From positions 1-64,000 of the IMG/VR virus record IMGVR_UViG_2864522212_000004: a DNA stretch of 64,000 bases; one strand, 5' to 3'. The DNA comes from a virus (taxonomy: Duplodnaviria > Caudoviricetes). Each line of letters starts with the position of its first letter. Position 1 is the first letter of the stretch. This document shows, piece by piece, positions 1 through 9,568 of the stretch. The notes beneath the pieces were generated by a model. That model saw only the letters and a list, made by a program, of their open reading frames with translations. It made no database searches and was not told the DNA's origin. The translations under genes and the position numbers were made by a program.

Positions 1-348
1 TTATCGGCTCTTTCTCTGAGATTGATGGATGTGCTTCCTGTTCAATCGTATGGTCGGACTTGGTTCCTTCCGCAGGATTTTCGGATTTTGCCTAGGCTCT
101 GTTTCCCCGGCGGATTCAGCTTCACGGATGGTTCGAACGTCAAGCTGGTGAAAGATGAGATGGCGGATATAACGGGCCCAAACCGTGAAGATGTATCCGG
201 TCGCGCAGATTATGACCGATATGGTGACGACTGATTCCCTGGAGTCGATGAACCAGTCCTGCGGAACGATGAACATCGCATATAGGACGGCTATGAGGAT
301 AGCGATGAGTCCTATCACGGTCTGGACTAGCACTTGTCTCAGGTTCAA
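1..348 (-). CDS. Small two-TM membrane protein
   Basis: 115-aa ORF with two hydrophobic stretches and a basic tail; start overlaps the stop of the upstream gene. Confidence 0.65.
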   Translation of the reverse strand: MNLRQVLVQTVIGLIAILIAVLYAMFIVPQDWFIDSRESVVTISVIICATGYIFTVWARYIRHLIFHQLDVRTIREAESAGETEPRQNPKILRKEPSPTIRLNRKHIHQSQRKSR

Positions 349-1391
349 CGCATCCTCCGATCATGTTCGCCCCAAGCGTCGATGGAGCTTTCGGCTATGC
401 TCTGCGCCATCTGAAAATTCTCGGGCACCGGGAAAACAAAAAGTCTGACCATGTGGTTTCCCGTCATGAGATTCGGCAGACGTACGAAAGCCACTCCCCT
501 GCAATGCTGGCTGTTCACATCCGGCCAGGCTCCGATGTGGGTTCCCGAATGCAGTATGGTGTTCACCGTTTCCGCCGCATTGTCAGGGTCGGCGGTTTTC
601 ACCCCGTACGGGTATGCGATTCCGGCGATGATGGCGAATCTTTCATACGGACGGTAGGCTTGTCTTTTCCACTGTTGGAAGGCCAGTTCGATGAGTTGTG
701 CGCGTACTCGTTCCCGTATGCCGAAGCTGCCTCCCCTCCCCCATGTGGCTGATTTCCGTTCGCCGTTCTGTCTGGCGATGAGGTCACTATCAGTATAGTT
801 GCTGGTTATCCACTGTTTGTCGGGAATCGTGAATGACACCGAGTATCCGTCGTGCCATGCCGGCGGATTGGGATTATTTCGCCAATGCTGGTCGATGTTC
901 GATGCGAGACGTGAGGTGATCTGGTATTTCGGCATTGATTCCGGCACCGGGATGATGAGCACGCTCAGCCTGTAATGGTTGGCTGGCGCCGGTGTTGGCA
1001 GTTGGATGTATACGGTGCTGTGCCGGTGCTGGCTGTCATCGTCGTCCCAGAGTCGGGCATCACTGCCACCGTCGATGATGGGTTTGATGGTTTCGGCCGC
1101 TCTCGCCGGGAAAATGTTTTTCTGGCTTGGACAGGCTACGCCTATAAGGGCGATGAACCGTTCCACTTTCCAGGCTTTTCCTGTTTTCTTGAGGTTGCGC
1201 CATTCGTTTTTCGCGTAGTCCCTCACCCATGCCCTTCGTCTGGCTCGCATGCGTTCCGTCTGTATGGTGTCGGTCGTACTCCACCATTCGATTGGGATGG
1301 TGAACTCGTGGGCGTAGCCTCTGCGTTTGTAGTTGGCTGGTTTTCTTGGATTGCTGGATGTTGTCCGGCGTGTTCGAGGTGCTGATGGCAT
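345..1391 (-). CDS. Tandem (two-domain) RusA-like resolvase/nuclease
   Basis: Internal duplication (F[TS]IP..W, AAET, SQH); RusA-like segments 'AAETIKPIIDGGSDARLWDDDD' and 'DPDNAAETV...GAWPD'. Confidence 0.65.
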   Translation of the reverse strand: MPSAPRTRRTTSSNPRKPANYKRRGYAHEFTIPIEWWSTTDTIQTERMRARRRAWVRDYAKNEWRNLKKTGKAWKVERFIALIGVACPSQKNIFPARAAETIKPIIDGGSDARLWDDDDSQHRHSTVYIQLPTPAPANHYRLSVLIIPVPESMPKYQITSRLASNIDQHWRNNPNPPAWHDGYSVSFTIPDKQWITSNYTDSDLIARQNGERKSATWGRGGSFGIRERVRAQLIELAFQQWKRQAYRPYERFAIIAGIAYPYGVKTADPDNAAETVNTILHSGTHIGAWPDVNSQHCRGVAFVRLPNLMTGNHMVRLFVFPVPENFQMAQSIAESSIDAWGEHDRRMR

Positions 1392-1417
1392 TGGCGTTGG
1401 TTCTGTCGTCTTTACTG

Positions 1418-1440
1418 TATGTGGACATATTCAGTATAAC
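1418..1440 (-). promoter_or_regulatory. Conserved 23-bp promoter/operator motif, copy 1
   Basis: Minus strand GTTATACTGAATATGTCCACATA, 27 bp upstream of the 345..1391 start. Confidence 0.8.
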
Positions 1441-1451
1441 GAGCAAACGTT

Positions 1452-1490
1452 AAAAAAGAAGAGAGGATCATCGTGCTGGATGGTCCTCTC
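1452..1490 (-). terminator. Intrinsic terminator after the exonuclease gene
   Basis: Hairpin GAGAGGATCATC/GATGGTCCTCTC with a T-rich tail on the minus strand. Confidence 0.6.
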
Positions 1491-1507
1491 CGTCAACCCT
1501 CAGGCAA

Positions 1508-2437
1508 TCAGCTGGCGAGATCGCAGAGCATGTTTTCCGCAGTCAGCAGCTGCCAGTTCTGGAACGAAACCTCCTTGACCTTCTTGTTGAAACCATGTCG
1601 GAGCGCATACTTCGCGGCGGCGTCCACGGGGTCTGGAGTGTTCTCTGCGTAGCCTTCCTCCTTGGCTTTCTTGACCATCAAGGCGATGCCCAAGAGTGCT
1701 TGGCGGATGCTGGTCGCGGCAAGATTCGTGATCGGATTGTCATCGCTGATGCTGAAAGGCTGCCAGTCGCAGGCATCGGTTTTTTCGAATACCCAGAATT
1801 GCATGGTGCTGGGAGCCTTGGATCCACGGTCGAAGGCGTCCGGCTTGCATGCGGCTACCGCGGCACGGTAGAAAACGGTCTGAATGTGATAACCGTAGTT
1901 GATGACTTCCTTGGCGAATGATTCCGCGTCGGCCTTCTGGGCGGTTTTCAAATCGACCAGGTAATCGGTGCCGACGGGAATCAGATCAGGCTTCGCCTTG
2001 AGCATCAGACCGGTTTGACGGTCCTTCCATTCGATGCACTGTTCCTTGGTTCCCTGTTCGATGATTTCCATGTAATCGGGGTATTCGGGCATGAGACTGG
2101 TCTGTTCGATGCCTTCCTTCATGCGTTTGAGCAGTTGCATGTCATTGTAGGAGACGATGATGTTTCCTGCTTCCAGCTGGTCTGCTCGCCACTTCTGGTT
2201 GTCTTTGCTCCTGAAGCTCTCTCCCTCAGGCAGGCTGACAACGTCGCTGGTGCCGAGCAGGTAAGCGTGGAACGCCGTACCGAACTTCATGGCGTCGGTG
2301 GGCTTGTGGTCGTCGTTGAGACGGTGATATGCCCAGTCGGCCGGGTTTTTCAGGAATTGTTTCAATTGGCTTTGGTCGATTGATTTCAACCGGAAGTAGC
2401 CGGGGTCGTCGATGTCGATGATTTTCGCGTAGGCCAT
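1508..2437 (-). CDS. RecE-like (Exo VIII / DUF3799-type) PD-(D/E)XK exonuclease
   Basis: Motifs SQLKQFLKNP, AMKFGTAFH, KAKPD...LVDLKT, YGYHIQ..FY. Confidence 0.85.
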   Translation of the reverse strand: MAYAKIIDIDDPGYFRLKSIDQSQLKQFLKNPADWAYHRLNDDHKPTDAMKFGTAFHAYLLGTSDVVSLPEGESFRSKDNQKWRADQLEAGNIIVSYNDMQLLKRMKEGIEQTSLMPEYPDYMEIIEQGTKEQCIEWKDRQTGLMLKAKPDLIPVGTDYLVDLKTAQKADAESFAKEVINYGYHIQTVFYRAAVAACKPDAFDRGSKAPSTMQFWVFEKTDACDWQPFSISDDNPITNLAATSIRQALLGIALMVKKAKEEGYAENTPDPVDAAAKYALRHGFNKKVKEVSFQNWQLLTAENMLCDLAS

Positions 2438-2512
2438 TGGTGTCTTTCCTTCTTGGATTCAAGTTCCGGGCATGCCTATGGACGGAGCATGCCGGAACGG
2501 TATGTGGGGAGG

Positions 2513-3160
2513 CTACTTGTTGTTCACTGGATCGGATTCGGCGATTTCCTGGGCTGACATGTCAGCCTCGTCGACGTACACGCTGGTGTTGCCACTTTCC
2601 GGATCCACGACGACGTGAGGCTCGTCGTAGGTGATGGGTTCTCCGGTCGTCTCGTCGAACTCCGGGCTGACGGGCACCGGGTCGGAGAGGTGGAGATATC
2701 CGCCATCGGCTTTCTGCTGGGCGCGGTTGACCTCTTCCCAAGCGTTCTCCCAGTTGAAGAATTCCTCCGAATAACCCGGGTATGGTTCCTTGTTCTTGGT
2801 TTCCCAGTCGAGGAGCTGCTTCGGTGTGACGGGTTGCGAGGGGTGGAATTCCTCGGTCAGTCCTTCGGGGATCGGCACTGTGTAGTCGCTGAGACGGTCC
2901 TCGTCGTCTTCGTCGGGTGCGACGAATCGGACTTTCGCTTTGATGGGGGTGTTCATAGGTTGCTCCTTTTCCAGTTTTTTCCTGATTTGGATTGCTGTTT
3001 CGAGATATTCGATGAGCTGATGGTATACGGCGTAGGACAGGCTCATGGGGTTGTCCTCGTACTTGCTGTACGTGTTGACGCTCATGCCCAGCAGGTCGGC
3101 TATCTCGTTTTTGGTTTTTCCTGCTAGCTGGCGCAGGCGTCTGATTGATAGCTGGTTCAT
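2513..3160 (-). CDS. XRE-family HTH regulator with acidic C-terminal extension
   Basis: IRRLRQLAGKTKNEIADLLGMSVNTYSKYE; ATG at 3160 with GGAGAGG RBS. Confidence 0.8.
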   Translation of the reverse strand: MNQLSIRRLRQLAGKTKNEIADLLGMSVNTYSKYEDNPMSLSYAVYHQLIEYLETAIQIRKKLEKEQPMNTPIKAKVRFVAPDEDDEDRLSDYTVPIPEGLTEEFHPSQPVTPKQLLDWETKNKEPYPGYSEEFFNWENAWEEVNRAQQKADGGYLHLSDPVPVSPEFDETTGEPITYDEPHVVVDPESGNTSVYVDEADMSAQEIAESDPVNNK

Positions 3161-3332
3161 TCGCCTCTCCTGGATGCAGTGGTCGGACTGGTGTCGTCCA
3201 GTCTTCTGGTTGTGTTCACGCTCCCATTGTACAACATGCAGAAAACTGCGTTTTTCAGCATTCTCTAACAAGGAGAAACGCCTTGGAAATAAAGGCAACA
3301 CGCCGAATAATATACATGTTCAGATAACTGCG

Positions 3333-3354
3333 TATATTTGAATATGTCCACATA
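3333..3354 (+). promoter_or_regulatory. Conserved motif, copy 2 (variant -10)
   Basis: TATATTTGAATATGTCCACATA upstream of the SSB gene, between divergent XRE and SSB genes. Confidence 0.7.
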
Positions 3355-3432
3355 GAAAAAAGAAGAGAAGACGAAAACTCCCATCCTCAATGCACTGTGG
3401 AGCGATCGTCAAATCGTCAAGGAGGAACCATC

Positions 3433-4608
3433 ATGGCAACAGAACTGCTAACTCACGCGAAAACCGGAGTCATCCAGATGGGATGGCCCAAGCTCTACGA
3501 GGCGGTCGCATTCAAGGGAAACAAGGACGATGACAAGTCCGCCAAGAAGGACGATAAGAAGAAAAACGAAAGCACGCCTGCATACGGGTTCCCTGTGCTT
3601 CTCGACAAGGATGACCCCGATCACATGCGAACCGTCCGAATCCTTCAGAAGCTGAGCAAGAATGCGGAAGCCAACGCCATCGCCTTGAAGAAATGGGGCA
3701 AGAAGGATCGTATCGTTTCCAATGACGGTCTCAAGGATGCCGACGAGGATGAAATCCTTGACGGTGATAAAACCGTCCTCATGACCGATAAATATCCGAA
3801 TCGAGCCAACCATTTTTATGTGAACTTCAGTCGTAGCTCCAAGGCTGGTCGTCCCGGAATCCGCTACATCGACGATGAAGGAATCCTGCGTGAGCTCCCC
3901 GAACCGATTCTCGGGACAAAGGAGGACATTCAGGCCGCTCAAGCCAATCTTAATGATGCCCGAGCCGCTTACGCTACGGCTGATGAAGACGCTCGGGAGG
4001 AGGCGAAGACGCTCGTTCTGGAGGCGACGCGCAATCTTGAGGAGGCTCAGGAGCGTGATGCCAAGGCCAAGGAAGTCAAGGTCTTATGGGATAAGCTGGT
4101 GTATCCCGGTCAGAACGTGCAGGCTTCGGTTACGGCACGTGCGTGGAAGACTCAGACCGGTAGCGGTGTCAGCTATCGTTTGGATAATCTCACGATTGTT
4201 GGCGGAGGCGTGCGAGATGGAAGCTTCGAATACGATGAGGACTTCACCGATGAGGATATCGAGGCTCTTATCGCTTGGCGAGACAAGCATGTGAACGCAA
4301 AGCCTTCCAAGGCCGATGATGAGGCGGCCCTTCTTGCGGATACTGACTTCGATGAGGCTGATTCCGATGATGAGGTGGACGAGGATACCGGTGAAATCGC
4401 GGTCAAGCCACGTCGCAAGGCTGCCGTTTCCCGTCGTCGTCCGAAGCCTGTCGAGGTTGAAGATGATGACGTGGACGAGGACGAGGACGAGGAGGAAGCT
4501 CCGCGCCATCGTCCGAAGAAGACCTCTTCGCGGGGCCGTCGTAAGCCGGCTCCTGTCGAGGTTGAAGATGATGACGTGGACGATGAGGATTATCCCGACA
4601 TGTTCTGA
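3433..4608 (+). CDS. Phage-type (gp2.5/DUF2815-like) single-stranded DNA-binding protein with coiled-coil insertion and long acidic tail
   Basis: WPKLYE, YGFPVLLDK, LKDAD, FYVNFS...PGI, VYPGQNVQASV, GVSYRLDNL; acidic tail ending in F; GGAGG RBS. Confidence 0.7.
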   Translation: MATELLTHAKTGVIQMGWPKLYEAVAFKGNKDDDKSAKKDDKKKNESTPAYGFPVLLDKDDPDHMRTVRILQKLSKNAEANAIALKKWGKKDRIVSNDGLKDADEDEILDGDKTVLMTDKYPNRANHFYVNFSRSSKAGRPGIRYIDDEGILRELPEPILGTKEDIQAAQANLNDARAAYATADEDAREEAKTLVLEATRNLEEAQERDAKAKEVKVLWDKLVYPGQNVQASVTARAWKTQTGSGVSYRLDNLTIVGGGVRDGSFEYDEDFTDEDIEALIAWRDKHVNAKPSKADDEAALLADTDFDEADSDDEVDEDTGEIAVKPRRKAAVSRRRPKPVEVEDDDVDEDEDEEEAPRHRPKKTSSRGRRKPAPVEVEDDDVDDEDYPDMF

Positions 4609-4611
4609 TGT

Positions 4612-4660
4612 TTGACGTCCTCCCCACGCCTAAAGGCGGGGGCACCCTCACGGCAAAACG
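4612..4660 (-). mobile_element. 49-bp non-autonomous IS200/IS605 derivative (left/right-end hybrid, single hairpin)
   Basis: Minus strand CGTTTTGCCGTGAGGGTGCCCCCGCCTTTAGGCGTGGGGAGGACGTCAA; near-identical to both ends of 13155..13251. Confidence 0.75.
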
Positions 4661-4668
4661 ATGGGATT

Positions 4669-4712
4669 AACGGGAAAGCCGAGGTCAATTGCCTCGGCTT
4701 TCCCGTTTTTTT
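4669..4712. terminator. Terminator hairpin between convergent genes
   Basis: AACGGGAAAGCCGAGG-TCAATTG-CCTCGGCTTTCCCGTT followed by a T-run. Confidence 0.8.
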
Positions 4713-6979
4713 CAGCCGACGTTGCCGCCACTGTTGCCCTTGGGTGGCGTCTCCTGCTGCGGTTGCGGGGATACCCCTCCCCCACTGTTGCCGGTTGATC
4801 CGCCGGTTGATCCACCAGTCGAACCATATCCCCCGCCCCAGTAGTACATGTTCCCGTATGGATTCTGCTGAGGCTGCTGCGCCTGCTGCTGCTCCTGTTG
4901 GGCTTGGGCCTGTCGTTCCGCTTCCGCTTTTGCCTTGGCCTCTTCCTCGGCTTTCTTCTTCGCGTCCGCATCCTTCTTGGCTTTATCCACTTTGGAGATG
5001 AGGTTCTTCAGCTCGGTCGAAGCCGAAATAGCGTCGGACAGGTTGTCAGACGTTATTTCCGTGCTTTTCCACTGGGATGCGAGGCTTTGCATCTGCTTCT
5101 TGTCGTTGCCGTCAGGAGCGTCAGCAAGACCATTTGCCTGCTGTACCAGACCGTCGAGTGTCGTTCTGGTTTCCTTGGCTTTTGCCTGCATTGCATCCGT
5201 GTAGGTTCTGTTGGTTTTCTCATATTCGCCGTCCAGTTTTTCCAGGGCCGATGTGATGTCTTTTTCAGTCATCGGATTCCCTGTGGTTGTTTTCTGGAGG
5301 GCTTCCATGGCTTTTTGCACGTCGCTGTTTTCCGCGACGGGACTGGCTTTGATCGTGGAGACCAGGTCATCGGCCTTCCGTTTCCTCCCGTCCCATTTGT
5401 TCTGTGCCTTCACCAGGGATTGTTGGCGCTGTTTGCGGTCGGCTTCGGCCTGCTGTTCCGCGACGTGAGTGGTGTATGCGTGATAGGTGTACGCTCCCCC
5501 GCCTATCAGTGCTCCGAGGCCTATGAGTATGGCGGCCGCGACTGCGATAATCTTTATCAGCGTTCCACCATTTCCCCTATTTTCTGTATCAGTGTTTTCC
5601 TGTGGGAATGGGGAATCATACTGGTGTTCAACTGGGAAGACATTTTCCTGTGGGAATGGCGGATTGTCGAATTGTTGCGGGGGCATGCCATTCGTTTGCT
5701 GGCCTGTATTCCACTGATCGTTCGATTCGTCGTCCGTCTGGCTCCAAAAGTCATCTCCCGTCTGGAATGTTTGCGTTGGGTAATCATCCGCGCCAAGGCT
5801 TCCGGCGGATGGGGACGATGTTTGTGGTCCCCCCTCCGGAGGTTCGGATGGGTCATCCCAAAGGTCGAATGGATCCGCAGAGTCCGTGTCCTTCGGGTAT
5901 GTTTCGCCAGTGTCCTGTCTTACTGGGGAACTGTCTTCCTGTTGGAAGGACGAACTGTCATACTGTTCTTCTGTTTCGCTGTTCCATTGATTTTGCATAG
6001 GAACATTGGATGGGAAAACAGTTTCAATGTCTCCCTGTTCCTGCATATCAACGTTTTTCTTTGAATCTGCGGAACTGTCTTGAATGATGTTGTCGTCTCG
6101 ACGTTCGTTCTGTTCCGTTGTCGGTTCGCTGGAATCGTCCGATTGCAGGTCGAATTGCTCGAACGGGTCGTATTCCTCCGGGCCTTTTCCTTGTTCCCGT
6201 GTTTCCTCATTGTTCTGCGGAAATGCGGAAACAGCAGACTGTTCTTCTGATTTCTTGTCGTTATGGTCTTCTGCTGAGTCGATGAATTCCTTGAACGGGT
6301 CGTAGCCGTTGGCGAGTAGGTCTATCTGATCGGGGTTTTCCGCATTCTCCTGTGGAGTCGTATCCGCAGTGTCCTGTTGAACTGGGTCGACAGTGTTCTG
6401 GGGGGCTGTCGTCCTGATGGGACGTGAAGCTGTGCCTTTGCTGTCCTGCGAATCTGTCGTTTTGTCGGACTGTGGAACTGTGTGTTCAGTGGAATGAGGA
6501 ATCGTTTCCGCGTCTTCCTGTGAAAGTGATGCGCTGTTGGAACGTGAAACAGTGGAATCATTGGAACGTGAAAACGGTTCCTCTTTCTCCTGTGTAGACA
6601 ATTGACTGTCATCCTGTTGGAATGGGTCTACGTCTTCCTGTTGAAATGGGTTGCTGTCGGACTGATGGGTTGTGCTTTCGTCAGACTGTGGAAATGAGTC
6701 ATCAAAATACTGTGGAAACGTGTTCGCATTTTCACCGGGAATGGATTCCCTGTTGGATTGCGGAACTGTGGGTACATTGGAACTACTTCCTGCACCATCG
6801 CCTTTCTGTGGAAGCGTTTCCGCATTGTCCTGTGGGAATGTGGAACCAGTGGAATGTGACGCTGTGCCTTTGTCATCCTGTGGAGCTGCATCATCATCCC
6901 ACAAATCATCCATCAACAGGGAATCATCCAACTGATTCCCCGCCGTCAGCCAATCATCATCCTTCGCCAACATCAACAC
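4712..6979 (-). CDS. Single-pass membrane protein: acidic octapeptide-repeat N-terminus, TM helix, helical coiled-coil C-terminus
   Basis: 755 aa; 8-residue periodic 'xx(F/V)PQxxx' repeats; TM 'IIAVAAAILIGLGALIGGGAY'; last gene of the FtsK operon. Confidence 0.75.
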   Translation of the reverse strand: MLMLAKDDDWLTAGNQLDDSLLMDDLWDDDAAPQDDKGTASHSTGSTFPQDNAETLPQKGDGAGSSSNVPTVPQSNRESIPGENANTFPQYFDDSFPQSDESTTHQSDSNPFQQEDVDPFQQDDSQLSTQEKEEPFSRSNDSTVSRSNSASLSQEDAETIPHSTEHTVPQSDKTTDSQDSKGTASRPIRTTAPQNTVDPVQQDTADTTPQENAENPDQIDLLANGYDPFKEFIDSAEDHNDKKSEEQSAVSAFPQNNEETREQGKGPEEYDPFEQFDLQSDDSSEPTTEQNERRDDNIIQDSSADSKKNVDMQEQGDIETVFPSNVPMQNQWNSETEEQYDSSSFQQEDSSPVRQDTGETYPKDTDSADPFDLWDDPSEPPEGGPQTSSPSAGSLGADDYPTQTFQTGDDFWSQTDDESNDQWNTGQQTNGMPPQQFDNPPFPQENVFPVEHQYDSPFPQENTDTENRGNGGTLIKIIAVAAAILIGLGALIGGGAYTYHAYTTHVAEQQAEADRKQRQQSLVKAQNKWDGRKRKADDLVSTIKASPVAENSDVQKAMEALQKTTTGNPMTEKDITSALEKLDGEYEKTNRTYTDAMQAKAKETRTTLDGLVQQANGLADAPDGNDKKQMQSLASQWKSTEITSDNLSDAISASTELKNLISKVDKAKKDADAKKKAEEEAKAKAEAERQAQAQQEQQQAQQPQQNPYGNMYYWGGGYGSTGGSTGGSTGNSGGGVSPQPQQETPPKGNSGGNVG

Positions 6980-6987
6980 ATCCTATG

Positions 6988-8835
6988 TCATAGACCTTTT
7001 TCGGCAGATAGGCGCCCGATATTCATAGCGGCATCGATGGCGCTCATGTGCGGCACATCAACGCCAGCCGCATACAGTTTGCTCGCATGCGCCGCAGCGG
7101 CGGCACCCTTCAACGGCTTGTCACGGTCTGCGACATCACGCCCGTCCTCGCCGAAACCGTCTGTGGGGAACCCGTCGTCCTCATCCCCGCCGGGGTCAAT
7201 CATGCCGTCATCTGGTTTTTCTGCGGCGGTTGGCAGGGCATTTACGATTTCATCCCATGACCAGTGTCCCGAGTTCATGTCGCCTTCCGGCGGTCGGATT
7301 GCGGTCAGACGTTCACGCAGCAGATCGCTGTATGATTTCCTTTGCTTCTGGTTCTCCTCGTAGAAGCCCTTGTAGATGACGGGTTTCATGCCGGGAAGCC
7401 TGATAAGGCCGGCTCCTCTGGAGATTCCCGGTTGCATGATGTTTTCCGGTATCTCGGGGAAGTCCTTCGCTCCTCCCAGCAGCTCTTCGACAGCGGTGGA
7501 GGGTTGCAGGGTAGGGGAGATGACCGTGGTCAGATTGACTCGCATACCGGGGTCGAAACCGTCCTGCAGGCGGGTCGATTGTCCGCAGAACAGGAAGCAG
7601 ACACCGGAGAACCGGGCTTTCTGGGTGATCTTCATCGCGTACGTGATATTCGCCGCATGGATGCTTGCCTCATACTCGGCTCGGATGCGCATCGGATTGT
7701 CCTTGCTGACCTTTGGAATGGTGACGCTTCCGGCCCATTGGGCCACCTCATCGCACACAAGCAGCAGCAGGGGGTTCTTTTCCTGTTCTTCCTTGGGAAG
7801 CCCCCACCAGTTTTCGACACCGTACTGTTTGATGAGTTTCGACCGGTAGGAGCAGATCTCAAGCACATGAATCAACGTCGCGGCAGCCGATTCGGGACTG
7901 TCACAACCCCAGCCGTGGGTGATGACCCATGGGCGGCACCATTGAAAATCGACGCTCTTGTCCTCGTCGTCGCAGATGGCAAGCTGGAATCCGGCTTCCA
8001 GTGCGGCGGCGATGAGCGTGTTGATGACAACGCTTTTCCCGCTGTTGGCTGCGGCGGCGACCATGATTCCCGGGCCGGACTTCCAGTCGAGTGACAGCCA
8101 GTCGCCGGTTTCGCGGCCTCGTTCGGGCAGCTTCATGCCCAGATAGGCGTGACGTAGGTCGTTTTTACCGATCAGCTGTTTCGGGCAGGTTATCATCGCA
8201 GGAAAAGTCGGGGGAGTGCCGGGATACACCATGATGACGCCTTTTTCGGGGTCGGCCTTGAAGAACCAGCCTTTTTTGCCGACCACTTCGACGGCTTCCT
8301 GCATTCGCTTGTCGTATACGGAGGCCTGATAGGTGACGGTGTTCTCCTTGATGCGGATTTTCCAACCGTTCTCAGGAGTACGTGAGATACGAATTTCCCA
8401 AGGCTTGACCTTGAGAACGTTCGCGAATATACGCCGGGTGGCTGCGGCCTTCTCGTCCAACTGTTGGAGCAACACAAGGAATTCGCTGGAACTGATTCGA
8501 ACGAAATCGACGACGGAATAGCCTTCGTACTGGGGTTGGCTTTCCAGGTTCTGCACCGTCTTCTTCTGGGAAGCCGTGTCCGCGCATTCGCTGTTGCTGA
8601 GTCTGACGGCTTTGATTCCGTTGTTGATATCATCGGAATCCATATCCATCGGCGCGATGATCGCGTACCGGTTGTCGGAATCGACGCTGAATACGCTGTA
8701 GCCTTCAAACTCAGGGTTCTTTGCGGCTTTCTCTTGGATGAGGACGGTGAGTTTGATCATGTCGTCCGGATTGGTTTTATCAAAACCATTGGGGAAGAAT
8801 TTTTCGAGAGGGATTTTCTTTCGACGGTCGGCCAT
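6988..8835 (-). CDS. FtsK/SpoIIIE-family ATPase (soluble)
   Basis: Walker A-like AAANSGKS, Walker B LLLVCDEVAQ, KARFSG...GQ, PGISRGAG; ATG 8835 (MADRR) with AAGGA RBS. Confidence 0.85.
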   Translation of the reverse strand: MADRRKKIPLEKFFPNGFDKTNPDDMIKLTVLIQEKAAKNPEFEGYSVFSVDSDNRYAIIAPMDMDSDDINNGIKAVRLSNSECADTASQKKTVQNLESQPQYEGYSVVDFVRISSSEFLVLLQQLDEKAAATRRIFANVLKVKPWEIRISRTPENGWKIRIKENTVTYQASVYDKRMQEAVEVVGKKGWFFKADPEKGVIMVYPGTPPTFPAMITCPKQLIGKNDLRHAYLGMKLPERGRETGDWLSLDWKSGPGIMVAAAANSGKSVVINTLIAAALEAGFQLAICDDEDKSVDFQWCRPWVITHGWGCDSPESAAATLIHVLEICSYRSKLIKQYGVENWWGLPKEEQEKNPLLLLVCDEVAQWAGSVTIPKVSKDNPMRIRAEYEASIHAANITYAMKITQKARFSGVCFLFCGQSTRLQDGFDPGMRVNLTTVISPTLQPSTAVEELLGGAKDFPEIPENIMQPGISRGAGLIRLPGMKPVIYKGFYEENQKQRKSYSDLLRERLTAIRPPEGDMNSGHWSWDEIVNALPTAAEKPDDGMIDPGGDEDDGFPTDGFGEDGRDVADRDKPLKGAAAAAHASKLYAAGVDVPHMSAIDAAMNIGRLSAEKGL

Positions 8836-9545
8836 CAGTTTTCCTTTCTCTTGTAGATGGGGGTATGGAAAACCCGGAGTGGCCTGTCTGATGTTTCGTA
8901 CAGGCAATTGCGGGCCTGTTTGAAGTCCAAATGCCGGTTGAGATAGGTGAGGGTTTCGGCTTCACGGGTGTTTTCGGCGTGGAAAAGAGGTTGCGTGTGC
9001 GGGCCGAGCTGTCCGGCCGGATGGAATAGCACATGGTTGCCGGCGATAAGCCGGTCGTAGAGCTTTTGACCCACTGTGGATGGGTGAATGCTGCTGCGGA
9101 CCATGACCACGTTGACGTTCGTTCCGGGTGCCATTTCGATGATTCGGCTGAGTTCGTCGGAGATTTGACTGCCGACGTTTAGCAGATTCATGTCCAGGTA
9201 GCCGTTGTGTACGTCATAGTCATCGAAGGCGAGCAGTATCGGCTTGACCGGCTCGGGTTCGCCCTTGATGCGCCGTCGCTGTTCCATGCTGACCCGTTGC
9301 ACTATTTCCAGTAGCTCATAGGGTTGCCGGTAGCGTCCGCACATGATGGTGGGGGAGGGTGGGATGCTATCCCACTGGTCGGTGAAGGTTACGAGCGTGC
9401 CGTCCGAATCTGCCTGTCGGATGATGCTGTCAAGCAGCATGGTTTTCCCGCTTCCGTCGGGCCCGGTGATGGTGAGTGGCGTTCCCGTGGACGTGTCCCA
9501 TCCAAGGTTTTTCCCGTGAACGTCTGTTCCCAGGTTGATGAGCAT
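8835..9545 (-). CDS. Small, divergent FtsK-like P-loop domain protein
   Basis: MLINLGTDVHG...ITGPDGSGKT; PILLAFDDYD Walker B-like; translationally coupled to the next gene. Confidence 0.7.
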   Translation of the reverse strand: MLINLGTDVHGKNLGWDTSTGTPLTITGPDGSGKTMLLDSIIRQADSDGTLVTFTDQWDSIPPSPTIMCGRYRQPYELLEIVQRVSMEQRRRIKGEPEPVKPILLAFDDYDVHNGYLDMNLLNVGSQISDELSRIIEMAPGTNVNVVMVRSSIHPSTVGQKLYDRLIAGNHVLFHPAGQLGPHTQPLFHAENTREAETLTYLNRHLDFKQARNCLYETSDRPLRVFHTPIYKRKEN

Positions 9546-9568
9546 GTTGTTTCCCCTTTTGTGTTTGG

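Noticed and set aside
1508-2437. Cas4
   Set aside because: No Fe-S cysteine cluster and no cas context; fits a RecE-like exonuclease.
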